A stretch of 64,000 nt of DNA from an uncultured Dehalococcoidia bacterium. Its GTDB lineage: Bacteria; Chloroflexota; Dehalococcoidia; Lucifugimonadales; CATQGZ01. This document shows, one piece after another, positions 30,085 to 40,000 of the stretch. Made by a program: the position numbers and the translations under genes. Below the pieces are notes generated by a model, which was not told the origin of the DNA, searched no databases, and saw only the letters and a list, made by a program, of their open reading frames with translations. The stretch spans positions 395,395-459,394 of the forward strand of contig OY282365.1 in NCBI GenBank assembly GCA_958295685.2, read 5' to 3'. Each line of letters opens with the position of its first letter. The stretch's first letter is position 1.

Positions 30085-30960
30085 CTACGCGCCGATCATC
30101 TCCTGGACGGTTGCGCCGATGGCGCCCGGAGAAGGGATGATTGAGGCGCCGGCGGCTGCGAGGGCCCTCGTCTTCTCGTCGGCGCGGCCGCCGCTGCCGG
30201 TGATGATCGCGCCAGCGTGCCCCATGCGCCTCCCCGGCGGCGCGCTCTGGCCCACCACCAGAGCCGCGACCGGCTTGGTGACATCGTCCTCCATGTACTC
30301 GGCGGCCTCCTGCTCGCGGCTGCCCCCGATCTCTCCGATCAGGACGATGGCGTCGGTGTCGTCGTCGTCCTCGAACAGGCCCAGCACGTCGATGAAGGTG
30401 GTCCCGATGACAGGGTCGCCGCCGATTCCGACGCAGGTGGACTGGCCGATGCCGAGACCGGTTAGCTGATTGACCGCCTCGTAGGTCAGCGTGCCGCTCC
30501 GCGAGACGACCCCGACCCTGCCGGGCGTGTGTATGTGGCCCGGCATGATGCCCATCTTGAAGCTCTCACCCGGCGATATGATTCCGGGGCAGTTGGGGCC
30601 GATCAGGGCCGCGCCCATGTCCTGGGCGTACCGCGCCGCCTTCACAGTGTCGAGAACGGGGACGCCCTCCGTGATGCAGGCCACGACTCCTATGCCCGCG
30701 TCGACCGCCTCGATTACCGCGTCGGCCGCGAAGGGCGGCGGCACGAATATCATCGAGGCGTCGGCGCCGGTCTCGACCACAGCCTCCTCGACGCTGTTGA
30801 AGACGGGCACGTCGTCGAACGTCTCGCCGCCCTTGCCGGGGGTAACGCCCGCCGCCACGCGCGTGCCGTATTCGATGCACCTCCGCGTGTGAAAGCTGCC
30901 CTCCCTGCCGGTGATGCCCTGCACGAGCAATCTCGTGTCCCGGTCTACCAGTATGCTCAC
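30085..30960 (-). CDS. sucD: Succinate--CoA ligase subunit alpha
   Basis: 291 aa; [27 protein letters not shown], phosphohistidine loop MGHAGAII. Confidence 0.95.
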   Translation of the reverse strand: MSILVDRDTRLLVQGITGREGSFHTRRCIEYGTRVAAGVTPGKGGETFDDVPVFNSVEEAVVETGADASMIFVPPPFAADAVIEAVDAGIGVVACITEGVPVLDTVKAARYAQDMGAALIGPNCPGIISPGESFKMGIMPGHIHTPGRVGVVSRSGTLTYEAVNQLTGLGIGQSTCVGIGGDPVIGTTFIDVLGLFEDDDDTDAIVLIGEIGGSREQEAAEYMEDDVTKPVAALVVGQSAPPGRRMGHAGAIITGSGGRADEKTRALAAAGASIIPSPGAIGATVQEMIGA

Positions 30961-30964
30961 GGCG

Positions 30965-32116
30965 TCATCCCGCGATAGCCTCGGCGGCCTCGTTCAGGTC
31001 GTGGACCAGCCGGATGTCCAGACCGGACTCCGCGAGCAGGCGGCGCCCCTCCTCGGCGTTGGTGCCGAGCATCCGCACCACCATGGGCCGGGCTGCGCGG
31101 GGCATCGCTTCGGACGCCATGATCAGCCCGCGCGCGGCGACGTCGCACCTCAGGATGCCGCCGAATATGTTCACCAGCACCTTCTCTACGCCGTCGTCGG
31201 AGAGGATGATCGACAGGGCCTTGGCAACCTGCGCCTCGTCGGCCCCTCCGCCGACGTCGAGAAAGTTCGCAGGCCTGGCTCCCGCGCCTCCTACGACGTC
31301 CATCGTTGCCATCGCCAGACCCGCTCCGTTGACTATGCACCCGACGCTGCCGTCCAGCTTCACGTAGCTGACCCCGGCGTTGCCGGCCTCGACCTCCTTC
31401 GGGTCCTCCTGAGCCTCGTCTCGAAGCTCCGCGAGGCCCCGGTGTCTGAAGAGCGCGTCGTCGTCCAGGTTGATCTTGGCGTCCACCGCCAGCGCACGGT
31501 CGTCACGCGTAACGACCAGCGGGTTTATCTCCACCAGTGAGCAGTCGAGCTCCACGAAGGTCTCGTATAGGCCGCCGATCAGCCCGGCAACGGTGCGGAC
31601 GAGCCTGGCGTCGAGGCCGAGGGCGTAGGCTGCCTTGCGCCCCTGGTAGTCCCGCAGGCCGACCGTCGGGTCGATCTCGACACGGAGTATCCTCTCGGGA
31701 GTGGATGCCGCGACCTCCTCGATGTCCACTCCGCCGGCCTGACTCGCGATCACGACCACCCCGCCGGCGGCGCCGTCGGTCACCACGCCCAGGTAGAGCT
31801 CCATGGCGCCGTCGACCGCCTCCTCGACCAGCACGCTCCGGACCGGGACGCCCTCCGGGCCGGTCTGGTGGGTGACGAGCCGCGTCCCGATCATGGATGC
31901 GGCCGCCTCCTGAGCTTCGGCTGGCGACGAGGCCAGCCTGATACCCCCGGCCTTGCCTCGTCCGCCCGCGTGGACCTGGGCCTTCACGACCACACTGCCC
32001 CCGACCTCTCCCGCGACTCGGCCGGCCTCCTCCGGGGTCGACGCAACACCCCCCTTCGGCACGGGAACGCCTCGACGGGCGAGCAACTCCTTCGCCTGGT
32101 GCTCATGCAGCTTCAT
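30965..32116 (-). CDS. sucC: Succinate--CoA ligase subunit beta
   Basis: 383 aa; [22 protein letters not shown], an ATP-grasp domain, and [15 protein letters not shown]. Confidence 0.95.
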   Translation of the reverse strand: MKLHEHQAKELLARRGVPVPKGGVASTPEEAGRVAGEVGGSVVVKAQVHAGGRGKAGGIRLASSPAEAQEAAASMIGTRLVTHQTGPEGVPVRSVLVEEAVDGAMELYLGVVTDGAAGGVVVIASQAGGVDIEEVAASTPERILRVEIDPTVGLRDYQGRKAAYALGLDARLVRTVAGLIGGLYETFVELDCSLVEINPLVVTRDDRALAVDAKINLDDDALFRHRGLAELRDEAQEDPKEVEAGNAGVSYVKLDGSVGCIVNGAGLAMATMDVVGGAGARPANFLDVGGGADEAQVAKALSIILSDDGVEKVLVNIFGGILRCDVAARGLIMASEAMPRAARPMVVRMLGTNAEEGRRLLAESGLDIRLVHDLNEAAEAIAG

Positions 32117-32139
32117 GGACGCCTAACCCCGCAGCCTGA

Positions 32140-33330
32140 CTAGAGCCTAGACGCGCCCTCTCTGATCGCGTCTATCAAGCCGTTGACCTCGTCCTCGGTG
32201 TTGAACGCCGCGACCGATATCCGCATCCCGATCCTGTCGAGCCGCATGGGGGCGGTGAGCCACTGGAACTTGACCACCGCGTTGTGTTCCTCGTATATCC
32301 GCGAGACCAGACCCCTGAGGTCGTCCGGGCTGTAGCCGTCGAAGGTCAGCGTCGTGAGCCCGGCAGAGCGGCCGGGCTCCGTGGGAGTGAGCACGTTCAC
32401 GCCGTCCATCTCGGCTGCCGCCTCCCGGAGTATCGAGGAGAGCCGTCCGGTGTGCGCGGCGACCGCGCCGGGCCCGATCTCGTCCATCACCTCTATGGCC
32501 CGGCCCGTGCCTATGACCATCGCCGTATTGTGAGTGCCCTTCTCCGCCATATGGGCCGCCGTCGGAGCCTCGATGGGCGAGTCCGGCGGGCTCCACGGCT
32601 CCCGCTCCGGCACGGGATTCGGCCGGAAGCTCGGAAGGTGGTCCGACGATACCCACAGAATCCCGACTCCCATGGGCCCGAGCAGCCACTTATGGCCCGA
32701 CCCGACCATGAAGTCGCAGTTGAGGGCGGGCACGTCCACCGGAAACTGACCGAGCGACTGCGCGGTGTCGACGACCACCGGAACGCCGCGCTCGTGGGCC
32801 AGATCGGCCGCCTCGGCGACCGGCAGCACCCGACCATCAGGAGAGGCTACGTGGCTGATGCACAGGAGCTTCGAGCGCTCCGACAGGCTCGACCTGAGGG
32901 TCTCCAGAAACTCCGCGTCGCCCCGGTCAGCCTCCACTACGCTCAGCGTCACGCCCACGTCCTGCTCCAGCGCCGTCCCGAGCGAGACGGTGCTGACGTG
33001 CTCCAGCGACGTGATGACGAACTCGTCTCCCTCGCTCCAGCCGATGCTCTGGGAAACCTGACGCATGGCCTGGGTCGTGTTCGGCGTCAGCGCGACTTCC
33101 TCGGGCTTGGCGTGGATGAATCGGGCGAGCCCCTCGCGGGCCGCCTTCTCCCTCGCCGCCTGCTCCGACGATACCGACGGCAGGCCATAGTTGTGGGCCT
33201 GCAGGGCCATCTCGTCGGACACCGCCTTCAGAACCGAGTCGGGCGGCGGGCCGTGCCCGCCGGTGTTGAAGTAGGCGGCCTTATCGGTTATGGGCAACTC
33301 GGCGCGGAGGGACTCAAGGGTCATAGGCAT
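32140..33330 (-). CDS. Class V aminotransferase-fold PLP enzyme (cysteine desulfurase/epimerase-like)
   Basis: ATG 33330 (MPMTLESL...). PLP-lysine motif SGHKWLLGPMGVG. Confidence 0.8.
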   Translation of the reverse strand: MPMTLESLRAELPITDKAAYFNTGGHGPPPDSVLKAVSDEMALQAHNYGLPSVSSEQAAREKAAREGLARFIHAKPEEVALTPNTTQAMRQVSQSIGWSEGDEFVITSLEHVSTVSLGTALEQDVGVTLSVVEADRGDAEFLETLRSSLSERSKLLCISHVASPDGRVLPVAEAADLAHERGVPVVVDTAQSLGQFPVDVPALNCDFMVGSGHKWLLGPMGVGILWVSSDHLPSFRPNPVPEREPWSPPDSPIEAPTAAHMAEKGTHNTAMVIGTGRAIEVMDEIGPGAVAAHTGRLSSILREAAAEMDGVNVLTPTEPGRSAGLTTLTFDGYSPDDLRGLVSRIYEEHNAVVKFQWLTAPMRLDRIGMRISVAAFNTEDEVNGLIDAIREGASRL

Positions 33331-33519
33331 TATGCTATGCTCCCGCAGTGTGGATTCGCCGCTCATGGTAGCCATCAACCCTGGGCATTGTCAATCTGCG
33401 AATCGATCCCCTGGGCCGCCGATACGCCGCTCTCATCACTGCCGCTCCCCAATCCCCATCCACGTCATTCCGGCGAAAAGCCTGCCTCCTGGATTCCGAC
33501 AGCCCCTGACGACCAGCCC

Positions 33520-33747
33520 TTGACGGCACCGAACCGCTGTGCTAGAGTATACCCATGACACAGCCAACCCATCTCCCACGACCAGCCCGCAGGACTCCTG
33601 AAGCGCCTGTCACAAAAGTGTCACAAAGTGTCACAAAAGTGTCAGATAAGTGTCACAAAAGTGTCAGATGAGTGTCACATAGTGTCAGGCAAAATCGGCC
33701 CTCTCAGCTACGAAATGCCCTTAAAATGTGACACTTCGGCAAAAAAA
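33520..33747 (+). ncRNA. Candidate promoter-linked structured leader/ncRNA cassette, copy C
   Basis: TTGACG 33520-33525, 17-nt spacer, TAGAGT 33543-33548. CATGACACAGCC block, tandem words GTGTCACAAAA / GTGTCAGATAA, loop AAAATCGGCCCTCTCAGCTACGAAAT, inverted word TGACAC, then TTCGGCAAAAAAA. Co-oriented with the methyltransfer cluster starting at 33946. Confidence 0.5.
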
Positions 33748-33945
33748 TCTCCCGCAGCGGGCCGAGACGCCGCTTCGCCGAGACTGCCGGACGCAGCAGA
33801 AGTCGTCGACTCACAGGCGCGGGATTCCGCCCGGCTTTCACCCCGCGCCGTGATGCTGTATCTTGGGGGTACGGCTCTGTTGACGGGGCCGCTTGTGGGC
33901 GGCGACCCATGGGCCGGGAGGATGCGATTGGCAAGGGTGAGGATC

Positions 33946-34281
33946 ATGTACTGGAAGGAGATACCCGTCCAGGTACAGGCGGTCGACGAGTCCGGGACCG
34001 TCTCCAGGCAGCTGGACGAGCGGTTCCGGCAGGGCGTGGACGCGGTCTCCATGTTCGACGGGAGCAGCGGCTCCGACGACTACCTCGATGCCTGGGAGTG
34101 GGGAAGGTACAGCGACGCCGAGGGTTCGGCGGCCGACGCGGCCGACGCCCTGGCGGAGCGCCTCGACCGGAACTTCCCTCCGGACTTCGTGGCGCGGATC
34201 CGCGACCTTCACCGCTCCGGCGGCAGGGACCCGCGCCCGGGTGCGGCGGACCATTGGACAAAGAAGGAGGCAGTGCTATGA
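33946..34281 (+). CDS. Small conserved protein of the so-called virulence-factor family often found beside B12 methyltransferases (recalled, unverified)
   Basis: ATG 33946 preceded by GGTGAGG. Starts MYWKEIPVQVQAVDESG. The stop overlaps the next start (ATGA). Confidence 0.5.
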   Translation: MYWKEIPVQVQAVDESGTVSRQLDERFRQGVDAVSMFDGSSGSDDYLDAWEWGRYSDAEGSAADAADALAERLDRNFPPDFVARIRDLHRSGGRDPRPGAADHWTKKEAVL

Positions 34282-35180
34282 CGTCTGTGTACACAAAATC
34301 GGTTCCCGGCATACTGGAACGCCTCGGAGCGGGCGACGTTCTCATCTCCGACGGCGCGACGGGGACATACCTGCAGCAGCGCGGCCTGGAGCCGGGCGGC
34401 TGTCCCGAAGAGCTGAACGTCAGCCGCCCAGAGGTGGTCAGAGGGATGTCGCGTGAGTACTTCGAGGCGGGCGTGGACATGGTCCTCACCAACTCGTTCG
34501 GCGGCAGCAGGTTCATGCTCGGCAAGTACGGCCACGGGCACCGTGTGCGGGAGTTCAACCGCCTGGCCGCCGAGCACGCCCGCAGCCAGGCGCCGGCAGG
34601 CTGCTACGTGGTCGGCTCCGTGGGACCTACGGGCGAGTTTGTCGAGCCTCTGGGGGAGGTGTCGGAGTCTGAAATGTACGACTCCTTCGCAGAGCAGATC
34701 ACCGCGCTCGCAGAGGGCGGCGTGGACGGCGTGGTCGTCGAGACCGAGGCCGCCCTGGAAGAGGTGGCTCTGGCCATCAGGGCGGCCAAGGAGAACACCG
34801 ATCTGACCGTCATGTCCACGATGGCGTTCGACAAGGTGCCGCGGGGCTACTTCACCATGATGGGGGTCACCCCGGAGGCCGGCCTTGACGGGATGATCGA
34901 GGCGGGGGCGGACGTGGTGGGCGCCAACTGCGGCAGTGGGATCGGGCTGATGCTCGACCTGGCCGAGCAGATGCGCGCGCATACCGACCGCCACCTGATC
35001 ATCCACTCGAGCGCGGGCGTGCCTGAGATAAAGAACGGCGGCATAGTGTACCCAGAGACGCCGGAGACCATGGCCGCCGGTTTCGAGAAACTCTTCGACC
35101 TCGGGATCAACATCATAGGGGGCTGCTGCGGCACGGGCCCTGCCCACATCGGCGCTCTGTGCCAGGTGCTGCGCGGGTAG
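34278..35180 (+). CDS. Homocysteine S-methyltransferase-domain protein (MetH Hcy-module-like)
   Basis: ATG 34278 after AAGGAGG. Motifs LISDGATGTYLQQRG, LTNSFG and C-terminal GGCCGTGPAHI zinc site. Confidence 0.85.
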   Translation: MTSVYTKSVPGILERLGAGDVLISDGATGTYLQQRGLEPGGCPEELNVSRPEVVRGMSREYFEAGVDMVLTNSFGGSRFMLGKYGHGHRVREFNRLAAEHARSQAPAGCYVVGSVGPTGEFVEPLGEVSESEMYDSFAEQITALAEGGVDGVVVETEAALEEVALAIRAAKENTDLTVMSTMAFDKVPRGYFTMMGVTPEAGLDGMIEAGADVVGANCGSGIGLMLDLAEQMRAHTDRHLIIHSSAGVPEIKNGGIVYPETPETMAAGFEKLFDLGINIIGGCCGTGPAHIGALCQVLRG

Positions 35181-35195
35181 GGACGGGGAGAGAAG

Positions 35196-35870
35196 ATGAC
35201 GGAGAAGACCGATGCCCCAAGGGTGACCGACGTGATCGAGCGCTACGGCAGATGCTTGGAGCTCGTCCCGATCGACCCGACCTTCCATGACGCAAGCGTC
35301 GGGCTGTACGTCAAGGACGGCGCATGCACCGTGTGGACCTTCAGCCGGAAACCCGGCGTGGGGGAGCGCATGGAGCAGATCAGGGACCGCCTCGTGAGCC
35401 TCGGCGGAATGACCCCGATCGAAGACAACGGCAACCAGGCCCGGTTCCCCTGCGGCCTCCTGCACGTCAGACCGGTCAGATTCCTCATGGCTCAGGCGGT
35501 CGGCAAGGCCAGGGAGTACGCCACCCCCAGCGGCGACATGTCCATCAAGGACTCCAAGACCGACCTTGTTCTCAGCCTGTCGGGCAGAGGAGAGGGCGGC
35601 AGGTGGCTCTATGACGTCGCCGCGGAGGGCGAGGCAGCCAACCCCGCCATGCGGCTGCGGATGGTGGTGGCGGGCTTCCTGCGCTACGGAGAGATGGAGA
35701 AGGCGGGCGACGCCTCGGTAACGTTCCCGTGCGGTCAGCGGCACGACGAACTCATGCGCCTGCTCCTCCCTTACTCCCGAAACGTCAGCGCCGTAGAGAG
35801 CATGATGGAAGCAGAGGCCCTCCGCGGCCAGATGACCACCAGCACCCTAGGCTTCACCCCGCCGACGTAG
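35196..35870 (+). CDS. Hypothetical protein with internally repeated FPCG motif
   Basis: 224 aa with no recognised family. QARFPCGLLHVRPVRFLM and SVTFPCGQRHDELMRLLL suggest a two-fold internal repeat. Confidence 0.5.
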   Translation: MTEKTDAPRVTDVIERYGRCLELVPIDPTFHDASVGLYVKDGACTVWTFSRKPGVGERMEQIRDRLVSLGGMTPIEDNGNQARFPCGLLHVRPVRFLMAQAVGKAREYATPSGDMSIKDSKTDLVLSLSGRGEGGRWLYDVAAEGEAANPAMRLRMVVAGFLRYGEMEKAGDASVTFPCGQRHDELMRLLLPYSRNVSAVESMMEAEALRGQMTTSTLGFTPPT

Positions 35871-35884
35871 GGGAGGGGAGAGCG

Positions 35885-36562
35885 ATGACGCAGACAGGCG
35901 GAAGCGTGCCCGCCGCATCCAGGGAGAGCGGCGCTCGCGGCAACCCGGCCGCAGCGCCGGATGAGGACGCCGTCTTCGCCGGAACCGACGTGCCTGTCAA
36001 GAGCCTCTTCGACTCCCTCGAAACGCAGCACAACCTGAACGTCTTCCTGCACCTCTTTCCGTCGGTGAGCCGGAAGCAGGCGCTGGACGCGATGGAGAAG
36101 CAGGCGCGCGCTCACGTGGGCCGTGTAGTCCACAGCCGCGGGGATGCCGTGAGCGGTATGCCCGTCTTCAAGGATACCCGTGTGCCCGTGAGGAACCTCT
36201 TTGATTACCTGGCGAAGGGATACGGCCTCGACGTTTTTCTGTGCGAATTCCCGTCGGTGAGCCGTGAACAGGCAGTGAGGGCGCTCACGATGGCGAGGCA
36301 GATTCTGGAGAAAGACTCGTATGGAACAGCGGCGGACGGTGACAGTGTCATTCACAGCGACCCCCAAGTCATGAGCGGTATGCCCGTATTCAAAGGAACC
36401 CGCCTGCCTGCTAAGAACCTCTTCGACTATCTGGCCGGAGGAGACAACCTCCACGTCTTCCTGGAACATTTCCCGTCGGCGAACCGTCGGGAGCAGGCGT
36501 TGGACGCGCTCAGCGAGGCGGGGGAGAGCCTGGAGACCTGCGTCCATGAGGCTGTTGCTTGA
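35885..36562 (+). CDS. Triple tandem DUF433 domain protein (antitoxin-like)
   Basis: ATG 35885 after GGGGAGGGGAG. Three DUF433-like units: FAGTDVPVKSLFDSLETQHNLNVFLHLFPSVSRKQA, MPVFKDTRVPVRNLFDYLAKGYGLDVFLCEFPSVSREQA, MPVFKGTRLPAKNLFDYLAGGDNLHVFLEHFPSANRREQA. Confidence 0.7.
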   Translation: MTQTGGSVPAASRESGARGNPAAAPDEDAVFAGTDVPVKSLFDSLETQHNLNVFLHLFPSVSRKQALDAMEKQARAHVGRVVHSRGDAVSGMPVFKDTRVPVRNLFDYLAKGYGLDVFLCEFPSVSREQAVRALTMARQILEKDSYGTAADGDSVIHSDPQVMSGMPVFKGTRLPAKNLFDYLAGGDNLHVFLEHFPSANRREQALDALSEAGESLETCVHEAVA

Positions 36563-36722
36563 TCAGGGAATCCCATACCAGCAGCGCATAGCCGGAGAGG
36601 ACGTGGGAATCATCGTGCTATCCGCAATTACGAACCGTATGAGAGACCTGGAGCCTCTGGTTCCACGGGTATTGGAAGCCCTGCGGGACTTGAAGCGCGG
36701 GCAGGTCATTCACGTCAGATAG
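36546..36722 (+). pseudogene. Internally deleted DUF5615/PIN-like toxin remnant
   Basis: 58-codon ORF (below the track cutoff) overlapping the DUF433 gene by 17 nt. MRLLLDQGIP... matches the DUF5615 N-terminus and ...GIIVLS...GQVIHV its C-terminus; about 55 central residues are missing. Confidence 0.45.
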
Positions 36723-36740
36723 AGAGAAGGACGGTCAGCA

Positions 36741-37463
36741 GTGACGCAGCCGCAAGGGCTAGAGACTTTGTTCCGGGCCAATAAGCGCGTAGTGCGCAAT
36801 GGCTCTGCGACGAATGACCTCGTGCTGAGCGCCCACGTGGATGGGAACGAGAGCGTGTTCCCGAAGATACTGGATCTCTACGTGAGGCCGGGGAGTGTCG
36901 TGGCCGACGTGACCTATGGCAAGGGCGTGTTCTGGCGGGGTGTGCCCGCCGGCCGGTACACCCTACGCGCCACGGATATTCAGAACGGTGTGGATTGCCG
37001 GAACCTCCCCTACGCTGATGGAGAGGTCGATTGCGTCGTCCTTGACCCTCCATACATGCACTCGCCCGGAGGAACTGCGCACCGTGAGCATGAGCCATTT
37101 GAGGAGTACTACGTCAATAACAGGTCGGGCGGACAGACCAAGAGCAAATACCATGAAGCCGTCCTTGATCTGTACAGGGATGCAGGGAGGGAGGCATACC
37201 GCGTCTTGCGGGAGCGTGGTGTCTTCATTGTGAAGTGCCAGGATGAAGTATGCGCGAACCGGCAACGCTTCACGCATGTCGAAATCATGCTCGATTTTGA
37301 TAAGACAGGCTTCGTTGCGGAGGACCTCTTCGTGGTGGTGAGGAACAACCGACCTGGCGTCAGTCGTGTGGTGAGGCAGGTCCACGCACGGAAAAACCAT
37401 TCGTACTTCCTTGTCTTCTGGAAACAAGGAAAGAACGGTAATGTATGGGAACCGCCGCGGTGA
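36741..37463 (+). CDS. Small DNA methyltransferase (DPPY motif, N6-adenine/N4-cytosine)
   Basis: GTG 36741. Motif I-like VADVTYGKGVFW, then motif IV CVVLDPPYMHSPGG, then HSYFLVFWK. GC is lower than the flanks. Confidence 0.75.
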   Translation: MTQPQGLETLFRANKRVVRNGSATNDLVLSAHVDGNESVFPKILDLYVRPGSVVADVTYGKGVFWRGVPAGRYTLRATDIQNGVDCRNLPYADGEVDCVVLDPPYMHSPGGTAHREHEPFEEYYVNNRSGGQTKSKYHEAVLDLYRDAGREAYRVLRERGVFIVKCQDEVCANRQRFTHVEIMLDFDKTGFVAEDLFVVVRNNRPGVSRVVRQVHARKNHSYFLVFWKQGKNGNVWEPPR

Positions 37464-37960
37464 ATCCCATTGATCTGATGGTGCAGGTCATTAATGAACA
37501 TTCGCCCAGATCGATCTGGACGGGTTCTCCGCTGGAAGGTTATCGCCGACTTGGGAACACAAACCGGGGACAGATTGGAGAGGAGTTCATTCGCAAATAT
37601 CTGGCAGGAGCGGGAATCCTGGTCGGCAACGGGTCTCGCGTAACGCCAACGGACATGCTGGTCGCCGGGAAACAGCTTGAGATAAAGACAGCCTCGTTGG
37701 GAACGAATGGGACATTCCAGTTTAACCATATCAGATTGGATAGGACATACGACTACCTCCTATGTCTGGGTATATGTCCCGACAGAATCACGTTTGTCGC
37801 GTGGCGCAAGGGTGTGATTGCGGAGGGAGGGGCCGGATCTCTTGTGCGTATGGCGGAAGGACAGAGTACTACTCATAAGATCACCAAGAAACTAACGGAC
37901 ATGGAGCCTATAGAGGAGCTTCCAAGTTGGGTTCGCAAGCAAGTCATCGGTGAGCAGTGA
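37445..37960 (+). CDS. PD-(D/E)XK restriction endonuclease candidate
   Basis: 171 aa overlapping the methyltransferase by 19 nt. Core TPTDMLVAGKQLEIKTAS (D...ExK). Confidence 0.5.
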   Translation: MGTAAVNPIDLMVQVINEHSPRSIWTGSPLEGYRRLGNTNRGQIGEEFIRKYLAGAGILVGNGSRVTPTDMLVAGKQLEIKTASLGTNGTFQFNHIRLDRTYDYLLCLGICPDRITFVAWRKGVIAEGGAGSLVRMAEGQSTTHKITKKLTDMEPIEELPSWVRKQVIGEQ

Positions 37961-38988
37961 CGATGGCGCAAGAACTGGCGAGGATTGAGAGAGTGGACAT
38001 CCGGGAAGTCTGGCCGTATGAGGCCGCCAACTTCACCCCTTGGCTCGCGGAGCACCTATCGGAGCTTGGGGAGGCCCTGGGTCTGGATCTCGAGCTGCTG
38101 TCCCGGGAAGCGCCGGTCGGCGGCTTTTCGCTGGACATCCTGGCGCGTGACGTAGTACGGGGCTATCCGGTGGTCATCGAGAATCAGCTGGAGGCTACCG
38201 ACCACACCCACCTGGGCCAGCTCCTCACCTATGCCGCAGGTTATGACGCCAACGTGGTTGTCTGGATCGCCCGGGAGTTCAGCGACGAGCACAGGGAGGC
38301 CCTGGATCTGCTCAATCGGCGTACTGACGAAAAGAGCGAGTTCTTTGGCGTGGTCGTCGAGGTGTGGAAGATCGGCGACTCCCGCCCCGCCCCGCACTTC
38401 AGGGTCGTATCCGCTCCTAACGACTGGCGGAAGCAGAACGTCAGGCCGGCGCTAACTGGGAAGGGTGAACGCTACCGCAAGTTCTTTCAGGCGCTTGTCG
38501 ACGTCCTGAGAGAGAACCATAGGTTCACTGACGGGCGTAAAGGCAGCCCTCAACTCAGCTCGCGTCATTGGATCGATCTAAATTGGTGCTTCTTCCATTC
38601 AGGCTACGGCGGTGTTGGATACAATCTCAGTTTTCCTAGAGGAAACAAGGCCAGAGTCGAGCTATATGTCGGTACAGGCGACAAAGCCTTCAACAAGCAT
38701 CTGTTCGACTCTCTGAAGGAGGCCCGTGAAGGGATCGAATCCGAGATTGAGGGCAGCCTCGAGTGGGAGCGGCTGGATGATCAAAAGGACAGCCGCATAT
38801 CGGCCGTGCGCCAGGGCTCCATATATGACCCCCCTGAGACGCTGGAAGAGATACGCGGCTGGATGGTTGAAAGGCTTCTGGCGTTCAAGCAGACCTTCGG
38901 CCCGAGGCTGGACGAGTCGATTAGGATAGCAGAGCATCGAGCAGAGGAGGGCAGCCATGCCGCTTCAGGAGACGATGACCCCTCGTGA
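37957..38988 (+). CDS. DUF4268-like protein with N-terminal PD-(D/E)XK nuclease-like domain
   Basis: GTGA start/stop overlap with the upstream gene. N-terminus EVWPYEAANFTPWLAEHLSELG...FSLDILARD...VVIENQLEATDHTHLGQLLTYAAG is typical of this defence-island-associated family. Confidence 0.6.
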   Translation: MTMAQELARIERVDIREVWPYEAANFTPWLAEHLSELGEALGLDLELLSREAPVGGFSLDILARDVVRGYPVVIENQLEATDHTHLGQLLTYAAGYDANVVVWIAREFSDEHREALDLLNRRTDEKSEFFGVVVEVWKIGDSRPAPHFRVVSAPNDWRKQNVRPALTGKGERYRKFFQALVDVLRENHRFTDGRKGSPQLSSRHWIDLNWCFFHSGYGGVGYNLSFPRGNKARVELYVGTGDKAFNKHLFDSLKEAREGIESEIEGSLEWERLDDQKDSRISAVRQGSIYDPPETLEEIRGWMVERLLAFKQTFGPRLDESIRIAEHRAEEGSHAASGDDDPS

Positions 38989-39994
38989 GCGCGTGATGAA
39001 CGCGCTCGCCGGCAGGCCGGTCGACCGGCCGCCGGTCGCCAACCCCACGAACGTCGCCACCGTCGAGCTCATGGACCTCGTCGACGCGCCCTTCCCCGAC
39101 GCCTGCCGCGACCCCGAACTGGCGGCCAGGCTCGCCGCCACAGGACACACGGAGCTCGGCTTCGACTCCGTGATGCCATACTTCACCATCATCCAGGAGT
39201 CCTCCGCCCTCGGCTGCGAAATGCAGTGGGAGGGCAAGGACAACTGGCCCACCGTCCGCATGTACAACCCCATCTGGAAGGGCCTCGACGACATACGGAT
39301 ACCCCCGGGTTTCCTGGAGCACCCCGACAACGTGACCGTCACCAAATCGCTCAGCCTGCTCAAGGAGGAGTTCGGCGGCGAGGTGGCCGTGATCGGCAAG
39401 ACGATGGGCCCTTGGACGCTCGCCTACCACGTCTTCGGCGTGGAGCGCTTCCTCCTCATGACCGTCGACGACCCCGACATGGTGAAGCGCGCCCTCGACA
39501 GGATGAAGGAGATATCCGTCCTGTTCGGACAGGCCCAGATAGACGCAGGGGCCGACGTGCTCACCTTCCCCGACCATGCCACCGGCGACCTGGTGAGCGG
39601 CGCCTACTACAAGGACTTCCTCATGGAGCTCCACCAGGAGATGGCCGAGCGGCTGGACGCGCCCCTGATCCTCCACATCTGCGGCAGGACCCTCGACCGG
39701 CTCGACTACATCGCGCAGACGGGCATGGCCTGCTTCCACTTCGACTCCCGCAACGACCCACAGGAGGCGATGGACGTGGCCGCAGGGCGCATCAGGCTGG
39801 TCGGGAATCTGAACAACCCCGAGCTGCTGTACGCGAGGGGCCCCGAAGAGGTTCGCCAGGCCGTCTACGCCTGCCTCGACGCCGGCGTGGACATGATCGC
39901 CCCAGAGTGCGCCATACCACTCGCCACCAGACTGGAGAACCTGGTTGAGATACCCAGGGCCGTCAGGGCCTGGTGCAGTGAAAACCACGAGTGA
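38957..39994 (+). CDS. Uroporphyrinogen decarboxylase-family methyltransferase (MtaA/CmuA-like)
   Basis: 345 aa; TPRERVMNALAGRPVDRPPV, ILHICG, and C-terminal IAPECAIP. Confidence 0.8.
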   Translation: MPLQETMTPRERVMNALAGRPVDRPPVANPTNVATVELMDLVDAPFPDACRDPELAARLAATGHTELGFDSVMPYFTIIQESSALGCEMQWEGKDNWPTVRMYNPIWKGLDDIRIPPGFLEHPDNVTVTKSLSLLKEEFGGEVAVIGKTMGPWTLAYHVFGVERFLLMTVDDPDMVKRALDRMKEISVLFGQAQIDAGADVLTFPDHATGDLVSGAYYKDFLMELHQEMAERLDAPLILHICGRTLDRLDYIAQTGMACFHFDSRNDPQEAMDVAAGRIRLVGNLNNPELLYARGPEEVRQAVYACLDAGVDMIAPECAIPLATRLENLVEIPRAVRAWCSENHE

Positions 39995-40000
39995 CGGCCA

